52,558 nucleotides of DNA. Origin: a virus (taxonomy: Duplodnaviria > Caudoviricetes). Shown here in pieces: positions 42,672 to 52,365 of this stretch. The stretch's first letter is position 1. Each line of letters starts with the position of its first letter. The position numbers and the translations under genes were made by a program. The notes under the pieces were generated by a model, which saw nothing but the letters and a program-made list of their open reading frames with translations, made no database searches and was not told the origin of the DNA. Location: positions 1 to 52,558 of the IMG/VR virus record IMGVR_UViG_3300020351_000002. The stretch is one strand, 5' to 3'.

Positions 42672-44574
42672 GCCTCGCTGCACTAGACTCGTAGTCGCTC
42701 CAGTCATCCTCACTCCACTGACGATGATCCATGGCCTTGCCCATGTCGATTTGGGTTGAGTTGATCCTGGTCATCCCGCCTGGGGTGTAATGAGAAACCG
42801 CAGTGGCAATCATTGCGGCAATACAAGCATCATCATTCTTGCCAGGGGGAGCCCCCATCTTGGCCTGAAGAGAGTCTATGCCGTCCTTGCTATAAAGAAC
42901 GGTCCTTGTGTAGGCCTCCATCTCATCAAGGACCTGCTTTGACCTAATCTTGACATAATCCTCCTTGAGGGCCCTCTGCATAAGGCCAACCATTGCCGGT
43001 TTCGTCTTCCTTGTCGTGTCCCAACCAAGCATCACCGTAGGACCACCAATGGCGTCTGTTGTTACGCGCCTATAAAGATTCCAGTATCGAGACCTTTCCA
43101 ACAAAGCAATGAGGCCAGCGCCCAACCCGGTAACCTCTGGTGCCAAAATAGCGTTGTTGTAATACATAGCCACTAGCAGGCAAATGGGTGCCAGCTCATC
43201 CAGCTCTATCTTTCCCCGCCACTCAGCAACCTGCTCCAGGGTGGCCAGGTCACAGACATAAATGTGGTCCCAGTCCCTACTCCCAGCGCCCTTACTAACA
43301 TCTGCGCCAACAACATACTTGTCTCCAGAAACAGGCTTTTTCCAAATAGACATTCTTCCCTGGCCCGGAGACACTTCAACAACCTCTGGCTTGTAAGTGG
43401 AATAAATGCGCTCTCTACCACTTGGGTAGTTGGATACATCTTCAATCTCGTACCAACCGTGTTCTGGAGCAACATTCCCATCCGGCTTAACCGCCCCGGC
43501 AAACGGCAGGCATAGCTCGCACCAACACCCATGCTTTGTCTTTTGCCTCTGCATGGCGTTCTTCTCGAAAACGGGAGACCCGGAGGCGCTAAAAGCCTCT
43601 TCATCCGTACTTGGATATTCCTGGTGAAACCTTTCTACAGAGCCACCACACTTTGTCGAAATGGTTGCCCTTCTCCAGGAAAGGTTCTCAAGGGTTATCC
43701 ACTCGCCAAACTTCTCAAGAAGAGTCCTCTCTTCCCCGTCTAAGGAAGCGACAAACTCATCCTCTGCAACAAGAAGAGGCTTTGAATAACCCTCAACCAA
43801 AAACCAAGGGGTGAAATATGCATACCAATCAGAATCAGCATCTCCTGGGTACTTATTCTTCAACTCCATCCATGGATAAGGCTCGTCCTGCCAAACCTTT
43901 GCGCTCAAATACATCGTATGGTGGAAGTCGCCAGACCCATTGCAAGTAGACTCTGAATAAGCAAATGTTCCTGGGCCATCAGGCATTGATTGCAGCGTTG
44001 CCAGGAAATACCGCTCTGGCTGCTTGTAGAAGGCGACCTCTGAGAAGTGCGCTAGCCGAGCGGTTGTTCCACGAGCGTCCTCTGCGCTCTTTGCTGTCAT
44101 CACCGTAAGCCTGCTTCTAAGCCCAGCCGGTCCAGCCGGGGCCCTGAAGTCTAGCTCAGCCCTGTTGTTGTACTTAGTTAGGGGCTGAAGGCGCTCTGGC
44201 AGATTGTCATAAAACAGTTTGGCCTTTGTAAAGATGCTGTGAACAGAATGGTCTGCATGTGCAGCTATGAGGGCTACCTCGTCTCTCTTCGTGATGCACC
44301 TATGGAACATCCAGCCCTGAATATGTGTGCTACAGCCAGCCTGTCTTGCCTTGGCCTCCCAAACTCTGATGGGGACGTTAGCTTCCTCCATCTCATCAAG
44401 CATCTTCTGTCGAAGTAGCTGGCTTGTATTCAGTTCAAACGGAAGAAGCTCGCCGCTCTTAGTCTGTATGAAGAGGTGCTCCCCGGCAAAGGAAGTAAAG
44501 TCATCGTAGGAGCCTGAAGTCAGATCAATCTCTGCGACCTCTGCAAATGTTTGCTGCTGTTGTCTTCTTGCCAT
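42637..44574 (-). CDS. terL: terminase large subunit
   Basis: KARQAGCST (Walker A-like), AHFSEVAF (Walker B), EST coupling motif, nuclease VVGADV and DDAC. Confidence 0.92.
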   Translation of the reverse strand: MARRQQQQTFAEVAEIDLTSGSYDDFTSFAGEHLFIQTKSGELLPFELNTSQLLRQKMLDEMEEANVPIRVWEAKARQAGCSTHIQGWMFHRCITKRDEVALIAAHADHSVHSIFTKAKLFYDNLPERLQPLTKYNNRAELDFRAPAGPAGLRSRLTVMTAKSAEDARGTTARLAHFSEVAFYKQPERYFLATLQSMPDGPGTFAYSESTCNGSGDFHHTMYLSAKVWQDEPYPWMELKNKYPGDADSDWYAYFTPWFLVEGYSKPLLVAEDEFVASLDGEERTLLEKFGEWITLENLSWRRATISTKCGGSVERFHQEYPSTDEEAFSASGSPVFEKNAMQRQKTKHGCWCELCLPFAGAVKPDGNVAPEHGWYEIEDVSNYPSGRERIYSTYKPEVVEVSPGQGRMSIWKKPVSGDKYVVGADVSKGAGSRDWDHIYVCDLATLEQVAEWRGKIELDELAPICLLVAMYYNNAILAPEVTGLGAGLIALLERSRYWNLYRRVTTDAIGGPTVMLGWDTTRKTKPAMVGLMQRALKEDYVKIRSKQVLDEMEAYTRTVLYSKDGIDSLQAKMGAPPGKNDDACIAAMIATAVSHYTPGGMTRINSTQIDMGKAMDHRQWSEDDWSDYESSAARLKRRLSGRRRQ

Positions 44575-45163
44575 TCTTTCTTGCCTCCATCCTCCACCTT
44601 GGAAGGTCTCCCTTAAGCATTTTTATACTTTTCTCGTGAATCATTCTGCAGTGGTAACGGGTGCCTGCCTTCTTCCCCATGTAGACAGAGTATGCGCCGT
44701 CCACCTCCCTGACCCGATCAAAAAACTTGTGCGCCTGTATCCTGCCGACACCCATCATCTTCGCCGCAGGGCGACAGCCGTGGTACCCCTCTGCTGTGGC
44801 TAGCTTGAACGCCTTGTTTGGATCGGACTCACCGAAGAAGACCTTTGCCCCAGGTGGAATAGGTGGGCCAATTGTGTAGATCCCATCCGCAGCAAGCCAT
44901 CTGTAAAGCCTGTCTTGTCGGTGGTACCGCTGCCGAAGCTCCCACTCATAGCGCTCGTAGTCGTTAGCGAACTCCGGTATCTGTCTCGGAGCGGCGATAG
45001 CGCTTCTTTTTGTTGTATCGCTTGACTGCTTCGATGTGCTTTTTCCGGCCCTCTTCGGTCTTTTGCCATTTAGAAGCCGATTCAGCGCAGCATCTTTTGC
45101 ACCAGGAGTTGAGGCCATCACGCCTGCGCCTAGCAATGCCGAACTCTTCAAGCCCATGGACAT
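44525..45163 (-). CDS. hypothetical protein upstream of TerL (possible small terminase / DNA-binding); start uncertain
   Basis: Only ORF filling 44575-44963; HTH-like AAKMMGVGR; overlaps both neighbours. Confidence 0.5.
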   Translation of the reverse strand: MSMGLKSSALLGAGVMASTPGAKDAALNRLLNGKRPKRAGKSTSKQSSDTTKRSAIAAPRQIPEFANDYERYEWELRQRYHRQDRLYRWLAADGIYTIGPPIPPGAKVFFGESDPNKAFKLATAEGYHGCRPAAKMMGVGRIQAHKFFDRVREVDGAYSVYMGKKAGTRYHCRMIHEKSIKMLKGDLPRWRMEARKNGKKTTAANICRGRRD

Positions 45164-45371
45164 GATCCCTTCCAAGGCGCTTGCACCTTGAACAAGACTT
45201 GCTCGTAATGCCTGGGTCTACGAACGGCGCACGAAGAGAGTCTTTTTTTGACAAGATGGAAACACATTCTTTACACCTTGCCTTTCTTCCATCTGAAGCC
45301 CTCTTGTCTTTATGGAAAAGGACTAGGGGAAGTACTTTTCGGCACCGAGTACAGGCCTTTCTAGAGGCCAC
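44964..45371 (-). CDS. tandem zinc-finger protein (resembles N-terminal domains of endonuclease VII/HNH proteins)
   Basis: Two K.C..C...F...DG....CK.C repeats; no nuclease domain seen. Confidence 0.75.
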   Translation of the reverse strand: MASRKACTRCRKVLPLVLFHKDKRASDGRKARCKECVSILSKKDSLRAPFVDPGITSKSCSRCKRLGRDHVHGLEEFGIARRRRDGLNSWCKRCCAESASKWQKTEEGRKKHIEAVKRYNKKKRYRRSETDTGVR

Positions 45372-45679
45372 TACTTCTTCCTATACAAGCCGTCTGGACA
45401 AACCCTAAGCAAGCTTTTTTGATGCCGAGTAAGCCTATACCATTGACCCTGAGTAACACCTGGCTCTGGGGTGGCAGGGGCCTCCTCCTTAAGGTCCTCC
45501 AAGACCTGGTCTTCGGCATTGGTTTTGAGTTCGTCAATCGCGCTGCCAATCGCAGAGATCAAAGAGCTTCTATGCTTGCCATCGATTTCGGCCTTAAGCA
45601 CTGCCTCAAGCCCACTAAGGTCAAGCTCAGACAATCGAGACCTTGCCGCCTTTACAGTAAGTTCACTAGGATTAAACAT
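45371..45679 (-). CDS. hypothetical protein
   Basis: GGAG RBS supports ATG 45679; AEIDGKHRSSLI motif common in phage proteins. Confidence 0.7.
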   Translation of the reverse strand: MFNPSELTVKAARSRLSELDLSGLEAVLKAEIDGKHRSSLISAIGSAIDELKTNAEDQVLEDLKEEAPATPEPGVTQGQWYRLTRHQKSLLRVCPDGLYRKK

Positions 45680-45740
45680 TATGAATCTCCAATGGTTCTT
45701 CCGACACAGTAAACCAACCCAATAGGGGGAGCAAACACAG

Positions 45741-45890
45741 ATGCCCGTCAAGAAGTGTAAGAGCAGCAGAAGGTCTGGACGAAAATATGGTTCTAGCGGT
45801 AAGTGCTATACGGGATCAGGGGCAAAGAAGAAGGCCTCGCGACAAGGCCGAGCTATCAAGGCGTCTCAATCGAAAAGAAAGAAATACTGA
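45741..45890 (+). CDS. small very basic protein (49 aa, below the ORF-track cutoff)
   Basis: Hand translation MPVKKCKSSRRSGRKYGSSGKCYTGSGAKKKASRQGRAIKASQSKRKKY; GGGGAG RBS; TGATG coupling. Confidence 0.75.
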   Translation: MPVKKCKSSRRSGRKYGSSGKCYTGSGAKKKASRQGRAIKASQSKRKKY

Positions 45891-46141
45891 TGAAAGACAA
45901 GAAGCACCTATCTGATGTTGTTGAGAGAGCCATGAAGGATGAGTCCCATGGCCCCTCTCCTTGGGCTCAGCAGAGCGGGGTAAAGATTGTGATCAACCTG
46001 GGTGGACCCCCTCCCATGCGACACCACGCACCCATGAAGCACAACCCTAAAAAGCTTGAACACAAGAAGCCCATGAAGATGAAGAAGCGTAAGCCCGGTG
46101 TCTCTGGGCCTATGGAGAGCGCCCTTAAGGAGATGTACTAG
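45890..46141 (+). CDS. basic K/M/H-rich hypothetical protein
   Basis: Coupled start at 45890. Confidence 0.7.
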   Translation: MKDKKHLSDVVERAMKDESHGPSPWAQQSGVKIVINLGGPPPMRHHAPMKHNPKKLEHKKPMKMKKRKPGVSGPMESALKEMY

Positions 46142-46143
46142 CC

Positions 46144-47061
46144 ATGCCCGGTGGGTACGACGTAACTTCTAGAATGCCCTCTGGAATGGTTGGGGAGGCA
46201 CTTCGTCGCCTTGGCAACGCAATGCCCTCCATGGGGAGGAGTGAAGTCGTTCCACCAGAGGGAGCTACTCTTCTTGAGCCGAGAGAGGATGACATCTCTG
46301 GGATACTTTTAGAGGCGGCTAAGCAGGGGGCACTGGGAAGCTCTTTAGCTCAAACAGCGGTTAACGCTCCTCGCCTTGTCCCCTTAAGGGCGGAAGAGCG
46401 GGCGGCGACCAGCCTGGCAGACGCCTGGAGAGAAGGAATACGAAGCGGCACCCTGCTTCCAAGCGAAGCCGCGCCCAGCCCCTATGACTACGGCCCCCCT
46501 AGCCCAGAGTTTCTAGAGAGGGCTGCTTATAGAAGGAGAATGGGTGAGAACTTCTCGGATGCGGCTCGAATCCAAAGAGGCTTTGGCGAAGCAATGTCCT
46601 CTCCAGTCAGTCCAGAGTGGAACTATATCGTTTCCGATGGGTACCGAACGCCCAGCGCAAGTCAGGCTGTCAGGGAGGTTCTGTGGGACGAAACCATCGG
46701 AGAGGGCCGCAGAGCGCGGGGGCTAGAAAGGGGCAAGGCTCTTCTAGAAAAGGCTAGGGCGGTAATGGCTCAAGAGGGTGCGGCAAAGGCTGCTATGAAG
46801 GCTGGGATCAAGGGACTTGGTCGCGGAGCTATCGTAGGTGCTGCACAGGGGGCGGCTGTGGCTCCTGCGGCAGCGTACCTTGGGCACGAGGCAGGCAGGC
46901 CAAGGTCTGGCGGCTACTTCACCCCACCAGAGGGGATAAGGGAGCGCTATCAAGACATACTGTCTACGGACGAGGCCGATCTTATCTCTGAAGCCATAGA
47001 GCGCCGAAAGATGAGAGAGCGGGCACTCCTTGAGGCTGATGCCATCGGGATGGCCGAATAG
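46144..47061 (+). CDS. hypothetical protein with Gly/Ala zipper (possible virion protein)
   Basis: AAGGAG RBS; GLGRGAIVGAAQGAAVA segment. Confidence 0.75.
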   Translation: MPGGYDVTSRMPSGMVGEALRRLGNAMPSMGRSEVVPPEGATLLEPREDDISGILLEAAKQGALGSSLAQTAVNAPRLVPLRAEERAATSLADAWREGIRSGTLLPSEAAPSPYDYGPPSPEFLERAAYRRRMGENFSDAARIQRGFGEAMSSPVSPEWNYIVSDGYRTPSASQAVREVLWDETIGEGRRARGLERGKALLEKARAVMAQEGAAKAAMKAGIKGLGRGAIVGAAQGAAVAPAAAYLGHEAGRPRSGGYFTPPEGIRERYQDILSTDEADLISEAIERRKMRERALLEADAIGMAE

Positions 47062-47076
47062 CTAGCCCGTGTATCT

Positions 47077-47745
47077 GTGAGTGCGTGCGAGGTAAAAAGC
47101 GGAAACTACGCAATCCTGCTTGAGGGCAGCAATGTCCGCGTAGACCAAAAGACTCACTCAATAAAAGACTGTCTTATAGACACCGGGTCGGTGATAAGGA
47201 TCTACAGCAGGACGCCAACTGAGCAGGAAGCAGACCTCCTAGACCCAGGTAGGCCTGCGCCAGTGGAGACAAAAGAGATGCCAGAAGAAACCAAAGAGCT
47301 TGTAGAGACCGAGGAACCTCCAGCTGAGGAGGAAGTTTCAGAGCAAATCCTCGTCCCAAGCGAAATCGAGCAGGCGGTCGTAACAGCAAATGAATTGAGC
47401 GGTGACTACGGACCCATCCTGGCTGTGGTCATGGCTGGCATCGCTGTCATGGGCGGAAAGAAGGCCTGGAGCTTCTACAGCCAGAAGGCAGAGCAGCGGC
47501 ACGAGATGGAAATGAAGAAGCTGGAGATGGAGCAGAAATCCAGCAACAGCGACGGGCAGTCTCCACCGGCATGTCAGGCGGTTCACGCCAAGCTAGAGGC
47601 AGAGGTCTCAGCAATGCAGAAGAAGGTGGGGCTTATGGAGAAGAGGCTTCTCGTCATGGATGACTTCGACCCAGAGGACCTTGAGCGCAAGGTGAAGAAG
47701 CTCACCAAGTCTGTGAAGTCGATTAGGGAAGAGTTGGAAGAGTGA
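47077..47745 (+). CDS. membrane-anchored coiled-coil protein; start uncertain
   Basis: Central TM ILAVVMAGIAVMGG followed by a coiled coil. Confidence 0.7.
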   Translation: MSACEVKSGNYAILLEGSNVRVDQKTHSIKDCLIDTGSVIRIYSRTPTEQEADLLDPGRPAPVETKEMPEETKELVETEEPPAEEEVSEQILVPSEIEQAVVTANELSGDYGPILAVVMAGIAVMGGKKAWSFYSQKAEQRHEMEMKKLEMEQKSSNSDGQSPPACQAVHAKLEAEVSAMQKKVGLMEKRLLVMDDFDPEDLERKVKKLTKSVKSIREELEE

Positions 47746-48098
47746 GGCCCCTGGCCCTAGCCGCCCTACTCCTTGTCTTTGCTGAGCCTGTTCGCGCCGA
47801 ATGCGTAATACCGCCCGGTCCCCCGTGCCTTCCATTTGACGACCCTCGCTGGGAGGACCCGTCTTGCACGGTCTCTGTCGGCTCTTGCTGGTACGTCCTT
47901 ACCGAGACCGTTAACGAGCCTCTGATAACAAGGGCAACAGTGAGAATAACCCCTATTTGCGGCGATCCAGAGTCTGGCCCAGCCCTAAGAGAGGCTGCTT
48001 TTAAGGTCTTGTCTGGCCTAGACGCTTATGAGATCGAAGTTTCAATGACTACAGAGTATTGCTCTGATACCGGCTACGCTGACATAAAGATCGGCTAA
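47742..48098 (+). CDS. putative secreted Cys-containing protein
   Basis: Signal peptide MRPLALAALLLVFAEPVRA; six Cys; GTGA overlap. Confidence 0.65.
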   Translation: MRPLALAALLLVFAEPVRAECVIPPGPPCLPFDDPRWEDPSCTVSVGSCWYVLTETVNEPLITRATVRITPICGDPESGPALREAAFKVLSGLDAYEIEVSMTTEYCSDTGYADIKIG

Positions 48099-48595
48099 CT
48101 AAGGGTTCTTCTCGCATACTCAGCAATAAGCACCGCATCTGCCAGCCCATCGTGCGGCGTCGTTCTTTTCCCAGGGGTTAAGTCCATATCGGGGAAGAGA
48201 CACCTTACAAGCTCAACGGCATCCACCTTGCCCTGATCCCTCTCTTTTGCAGACCGCTTTGGGAGAGATAGAGAGCGCTTCCACTGCTGAGGAGTTGGAA
48301 CTACATACCTAATCCCAAGGGCAACCAATAAGGCGTCTAACCTCCCCCAATTAACCCCACAAGTAAGTGTGGATGTTGCTGACTGCCCTGGCCTTGTAGA
48401 GGCCCTCTCTAGGGCCGCGCAGGCCCCAGGGCTTTTTACCTCTAGTAGCCATGAGAGTATGCAAGAGGTGTCTAGCGGACCTTTTGACCCGTTAGTCCTT
48501 GGCATAATCATTTGACCAATCACAGAGCCTGTGTGGTCAATCGCCACAAGTCCCCCAGAAAGTCCTGGGTCAATGCCTATGAACACGCTCATCAA
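48095..48595 (-). CDS. ruvC: RuvC-like Holliday junction resolvase
   Basis: IGIDPG, ALE, TPQQWK and DGLADAVLIA motifs. Confidence 0.88.
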   Translation of the reverse strand: MMSVFIGIDPGLSGGLVAIDHTGSVIGQMIMPRTNGSKGPLDTSCILSWLLEVKSPGACAALERASTRPGQSATSTLTCGVNWGRLDALLVALGIRYVVPTPQQWKRSLSLPKRSAKERDQGKVDAVELVRCLFPDMDLTPGKRTTPHDGLADAVLIAEYARRTLS

Positions 48596-48993
48596 AACAC
48601 CTCCAACCTAAACGGATAGCCCATAACCCTTTCATGCTCTTTGAGGAAGTAGGTCGATGAGGACCTAAGCCTCTCCTCTTTAGAAAGAGATGTGTAAAGC
48701 CTTTCGAACAAGGGGGTGTTTAGGTCTTCTGTGGAAAGCCCCGCTTCTGAAGCCCTTTTCCCCCACTTTGAAAACAGGTCCATCCACCCCCTGTGTGCGG
48801 CACGAATGGAAAGCCATGCCGAAACAAGCTTCACCCCACCGCCTTTCCCTTTCCTGGCCTGAAGCCTGGCACTCGCGTAAAGCCTATCCGCCCACATAGA
48901 CCACTCTTCTTCGGACAGCGTGTATGCCTCAGACCTTCTTGGTGCCCCTCTTCTGTATGAAAGGATCGCGATAAGATCGTCCCTTGTGTCCAT
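48592..48993 (-). CDS. hypothetical protein
   Basis: Coupled on both sides. Confidence 0.7.
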   Translation of the reverse strand: MDTRDDLIAILSYRRGAPRRSEAYTLSEEEWSMWADRLYASARLQARKGKGGGVKLVSAWLSIRAAHRGWMDLFSKWGKRASEAGLSTEDLNTPLFERLYTSLSKEERLRSSSTYFLKEHERVMGYPFRLEVF

Positions 48994-50273
48994 TACCTAG
49001 CCCCTTCAAACCAGCCTCGCCCAGGCTCCCATTTACACATAGCTGTTCCCATGGGGCCATTTCTCTGGGCCCTGACAATCACCTCTGCGTCGGATGCAGG
49101 GTCGTGGTCTTCATTGTAAACAACGTGCCTATAGACAAAGACCACCGCATCGGCGTCTTGCTCAATCTGTCCTGAGTCTCTCAGGTCAGAGAGTATTGGC
49201 CGCTTGTTCTCCCTGAACTCGCAGCTTCTGTTTAGCTGAGCGACCACGAATATAGGTATATCAAGCTCCATGGAGAGCCTCTTAAAGGCGCTGGATGCTT
49301 CTGCCACTTGTCGCTCTCTGCTTGTAGACTGGGGCAGCTTGAGCAGCTGGAGGTAGTCAACGGCTGCAGCGCATATGCCGAGCCTCTTCTTTTGCACACG
49401 AATAGACATTAGTGCAGCGCCAAGACTCTTTGGCTTGTCATCGAAATAGGTCTGTACCCCCTCCCACTTGCTCAGGATGTCTCCAGAGACCCTGCTTACA
49501 TCCTCTGCCGTGTTTCCCAGTCGAGCATCTGAGGATGCTATTCGCTCTCCTATCTGCATCTCGTTCATTTCTGCAGAGACGAACAGGGTTGGCTTCTCCT
49601 GAAGCCTTGAGATGCTGCTGAGCAGGGAGATCATCAAATGGGTCTTCCCCATTTTCGGCCTACCACCCACAACAATCATCTGCCCAGGGCGTATCTGAAG
49701 GATTCTGTCCAGAGACGGCATTCCGGTTTGCACTAGCGTGTTGCTTCGCAGACCTAGTCTCTGTGCCTCAAGGTCTTCCAGGTAATCCTTGGTTATGTCA
49801 TGCGCTGTTCTCGGCTCAGAGCGGCCCTCAGGAGTCCATGTTGTGGCACTAGATATGGAAGACGACAGCTTGAGTATTTCCGAAAACGGAAGCCTGTCCT
49901 CCTCACAGGCGAGGATGTTTCTACAGCTATCAACAATGTACTGTCTCCTGGCCTCCTGGATAACAGAGGAGACATAGGTTTCTATGTTGTTCCTATTGGC
50001 GTTCGCCGCGTCTACGGTCTTGATGTAATACTCAAGATCTTCCCACAGGCTAAACGGCTTGGAGGAGCCAACATTTCCCTCCATTCGATCATAGATAGTG
50101 GCCCTGTCGGGGCCGATCCCAGCCTTCCTCTCTCTTACAAACAAAGCCCATGTGATTCTGTTGTGTGGGTCTGCAAAATGATCCTTCTTAAGTCCCAGGC
50201 TTTCCGCCTCATCAACGCAAACAGGGTGCCTAAGACAGACCGAAAGAATCGCCCTCTCTGACTCACGAATCAT
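48993..50273 (-). CDS. dnaB: DnaB-like replicative helicase
   Basis: GRPKMGKT, SAEM, VDYLQL, AQLNR and SDLRDSGQIEQDAD motifs; start set at ATG 50273. Confidence 0.95.
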   Translation of the reverse strand: MIRESERAILSVCLRHPVCVDEAESLGLKKDHFADPHNRITWALFVRERKAGIGPDRATIYDRMEGNVGSSKPFSLWEDLEYYIKTVDAANANRNNIETYVSSVIQEARRQYIVDSCRNILACEEDRLPFSEILKLSSSISSATTWTPEGRSEPRTAHDITKDYLEDLEAQRLGLRSNTLVQTGMPSLDRILQIRPGQMIVVGGRPKMGKTHLMISLLSSISRLQEKPTLFVSAEMNEMQIGERIASSDARLGNTAEDVSRVSGDILSKWEGVQTYFDDKPKSLGAALMSIRVQKKRLGICAAAVDYLQLLKLPQSTSRERQVAEASSAFKRLSMELDIPIFVVAQLNRSCEFRENKRPILSDLRDSGQIEQDADAVVFVYRHVVYNEDHDPASDAEVIVRAQRNGPMGTAMCKWEPGRGWFEGAR

Positions 50274-50793
50274 CACTGCCCCCCCTTTGAACAAGAGAGA
50301 CGGACGGCGAACCGTTGTGCCAGGGGTAAAAGGTGACAATCGCCGCCCCCTTTGGACAGGGGCCTGTGTGACCGTCGTCACGAATAAAGTGCAGCCTTCC
50401 CGTGATCAACTGAACCGAACCAGCCTTCCACACCCAGTCTCGCCACCACCTCGTATCCGTAGACGCAGGAAGTAAGCAACAAACAACAAGACGGTGCTTC
50501 CTAGACTGCTCGTAAGCCCTCCTAACAAACTTGCCCACATCCTTGCCCCAAGGCGGATTCATCCACACAGCCATGTTAGGCAGGTAACCGTCCATAAAAT
50601 CGGTCCACTCAACAGAAAGGGCGTCGTCATCCTCCCCTATCCACATATCAACCTTGGCGTTGCGCCCACTGGCACAAACATCAAGTTGAAATGCAAACCT
50701 CATGTCAAGATCGTCAAAAAGCCACTCAGGAGTAGACCACTCAACACTTCTACTGCTGAACAACTGCTGCTTGTTCCAAGGAGACGGGCTCAT
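50263..50793 (-). CDS. phage N6-adenine DNA methyltransferase (Dam-like phage family)
   Basis: WSTP, LDVCAS, WMNPPW, LLPASTDTRWW and GRLHF motifs. Confidence 0.88.
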   Translation of the reverse strand: MSPSPWNKQQLFSSRSVEWSTPEWLFDDLDMRFAFQLDVCASGRNAKVDMWIGEDDDALSVEWTDFMDGYLPNMAVWMNPPWGKDVGKFVRRAYEQSRKHRLVVCCLLPASTDTRWWRDWVWKAGSVQLITGRLHFIRDDGHTGPCPKGAAIVTFYPWHNGSPSVSLVQRGGSDDS

Positions 50794-51242
50794 GGTGCCT
50801 CCCCGCGAACCTTGATCACCTCTTCAGCGGAAGAAGGAGGCATCACACCGAAATACTGGCAAAAGGAAGATATAGAGTCCTTCGTTAAACCACCCCGCCT
50901 CGCACACCACCTGTCCAACAGGTAGTCAGGACTCTTGTTGTTCTTACGCAACCACCGAGCAGCCTCCAAAAGAACTACCTGACCACCACCGCTATCAAAG
51001 CTCTCCTGAGAACGAGACCACCAGTTCCTCAGAAAAGCACGAATGTCCTTCTTCGACCTAGAGGGACGCTCCGCCTCCCACAACAAAGCCTTGCGAGCCT
51101 CGTTAACCAGATTCACATCAGGAAAAGCAAGCACCGCCTTGCTACACCAACCCATCAAACTATCGGTCTTCCCAAGACGACCAGGAAAGGCCTCTATTAA
51201 AAAATCATGCAGCTCCGTATCCCTGAACACAAACGCCTCCAC
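50790..51242 (-). CDS. hypothetical protein, possible replication initiator C-terminal-like domain
   Basis: AFPDVN..KKDIRAFLRNW resembles phage replisome-organiser C-termini; upstream of MTase and DnaB. Confidence 0.55.
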   Translation of the reverse strand: MEAFVFRDTELHDFLIEAFPGRLGKTDSLMGWCSKAVLAFPDVNLVNEARKALLWEAERPSRSKKDIRAFLRNWWSRSQESFDSGGGQVVLLEAARWLRKNNKSPDYLLDRWCARRGGLTKDSISSFCQYFGVMPPSSAEEVIKVRGEAP

Positions 51243-51423
51243 ACACCCAAAAGGGCAACAGAAATAACAACAGCGTCATTGACGCCCCTACAAACACCCG
51301 CCGTCAAGCCACCCAGCCCCAGCCTCCCCAGGGAGCTACCCTGAGGAGGACTGTTGAGGGGCGTTGGCTCTAGAGGAGAGCGAACTGAAAAAATCCTAAT
51401 CCAGTCCCGCCATCACAGTCAAG

Positions 51424-51723
51424 CTACAATTCGTCACTTTCTACAAACACAGGAGTACCCTCCCCAAGCCAGCTCCCAGAGATGTTGAAGTAAAACCAGT
51501 CCTGAGCGTCCTCAGCCCCACAACCCAACCACTCCATGATGGCCGCAACACAAAGGCCCGACTCGTACACCGCAACCTCAACCCCACCAACACGGTCCCA
51601 ATGGTCCGCAGGAGTCCGCGTCGTGCCCACCACGGCCTTATCGAAGTGCTCGCGGGGCTCCACAAGCAAAGCCTCGTCAGAAAGCCTCTCCGCCCACTCT
51701 GGGGACTCCAAAACATCTCCCAT
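51424..51723 (-). CDS. conserved phage hypothetical protein
   Basis: AGGAGG RBS; FDKAVVG..AVY..FNISGSWLGEGTPVF motif. Confidence 0.8.
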   Translation of the reverse strand: MGDVLESPEWAERLSDEALLVEPREHFDKAVVGTTRTPADHWDRVGGVEVAVYESGLCVAAIMEWLGCGAEDAQDWFYFNISGSWLGEGTPVFVESDEL

Positions 51724-51743
51724 ATTCACCTCCTATAACCCGG

Positions 51744-51772
51744 TTGACAGATCTTAAATACACAGCTACCCT
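51744..51772 (+). promoter_or_regulatory. promoter pointing into the repeat tract
   Basis: TTGACA (51744-51749), N17, TACCCT (51767-51772). Confidence 0.5.
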
Positions 51773-51799
51773 ATCCGTAGGTAAGCAGGAAGGGATTAA

Positions 51800-51990
51800 C
51801 TAAGTATACTTAGTACTCTAGGTACCTACTAGACATAGAACATAGAAACAACGTTTCTACTAACTAGGTACTTAGTTACCTAGTTATCTAGATACTTAGT
51901 TACCTAGGTACCTAGTTACCTAGTTACTTAGGCATAGAACAAAGAAACAAAGTTTCTTCTACTTAGCCTACTAGCCTACTAGCCTACTAG
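51800..51990. repeat. AT-rich iteron-like tandem repeat tract (candidate replication origin)
   Basis: 8 x TAGNTAYY (51865-51928) between two 32-bp direct repeats (51830-51861, 51929-51960; 28/32), then 3 x TAGCCTAC. Confidence 0.75.
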
Positions 51991-52193
51991 GCCTCAGCTG
52001 TACCCTCTTCTCCAACCAGGCAGACATAGTCCAGGGCTTCTGCCTCTACCACCCCGTCCAGGACACCCTCCGGGTCCCGCCTAACCGCGTCTATGAGCCT
52101 ATTAAAAGCATCCTCGGCGTCATTCCCAAACATAACCGCCGTCAAAATAAACCTATATCCCTTGATGCCCTTTTCTGAACCCCTCATCTGCAT
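51987..52193 (-). CDS. hypothetical protein
   Basis: GGAGG RBS supports ATG 52193. Confidence 0.65.
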   Translation of the reverse strand: MQMRGSEKGIKGYRFILTAVMFGNDAEDAFNRLIDAVRRDPEGVLDGVVEAEALDYVCLVGEEGTAEA

Positions 52194-52365
52194 AAGCCTC
52201 CACCAGGAAATCCCTTTCCCTTCGGAGTCTACAGATTTCAGCGTCACGCTCATCAAGAAGGTCAAACAGCGCGGGGATAAGGCCTAGTGCTTCCAGGGGA
52301 GCCTTGCCCTCCCAGCGCCTCATCAGTTCATCTCTAAACGACCTGAGTCCAAGCTTCAAAGACAT
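52153..52365 (-). CDS. hypothetical protein
   Basis: GGAGG RBS supports ATG 52365. Confidence 0.6.
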   Translation of the reverse strand: MSLKLGLRSFRDELMRRWEGKAPLEALGLIPALFDLLDERDAEICRLRRERDFLVEAYADEGFRKGHQGI

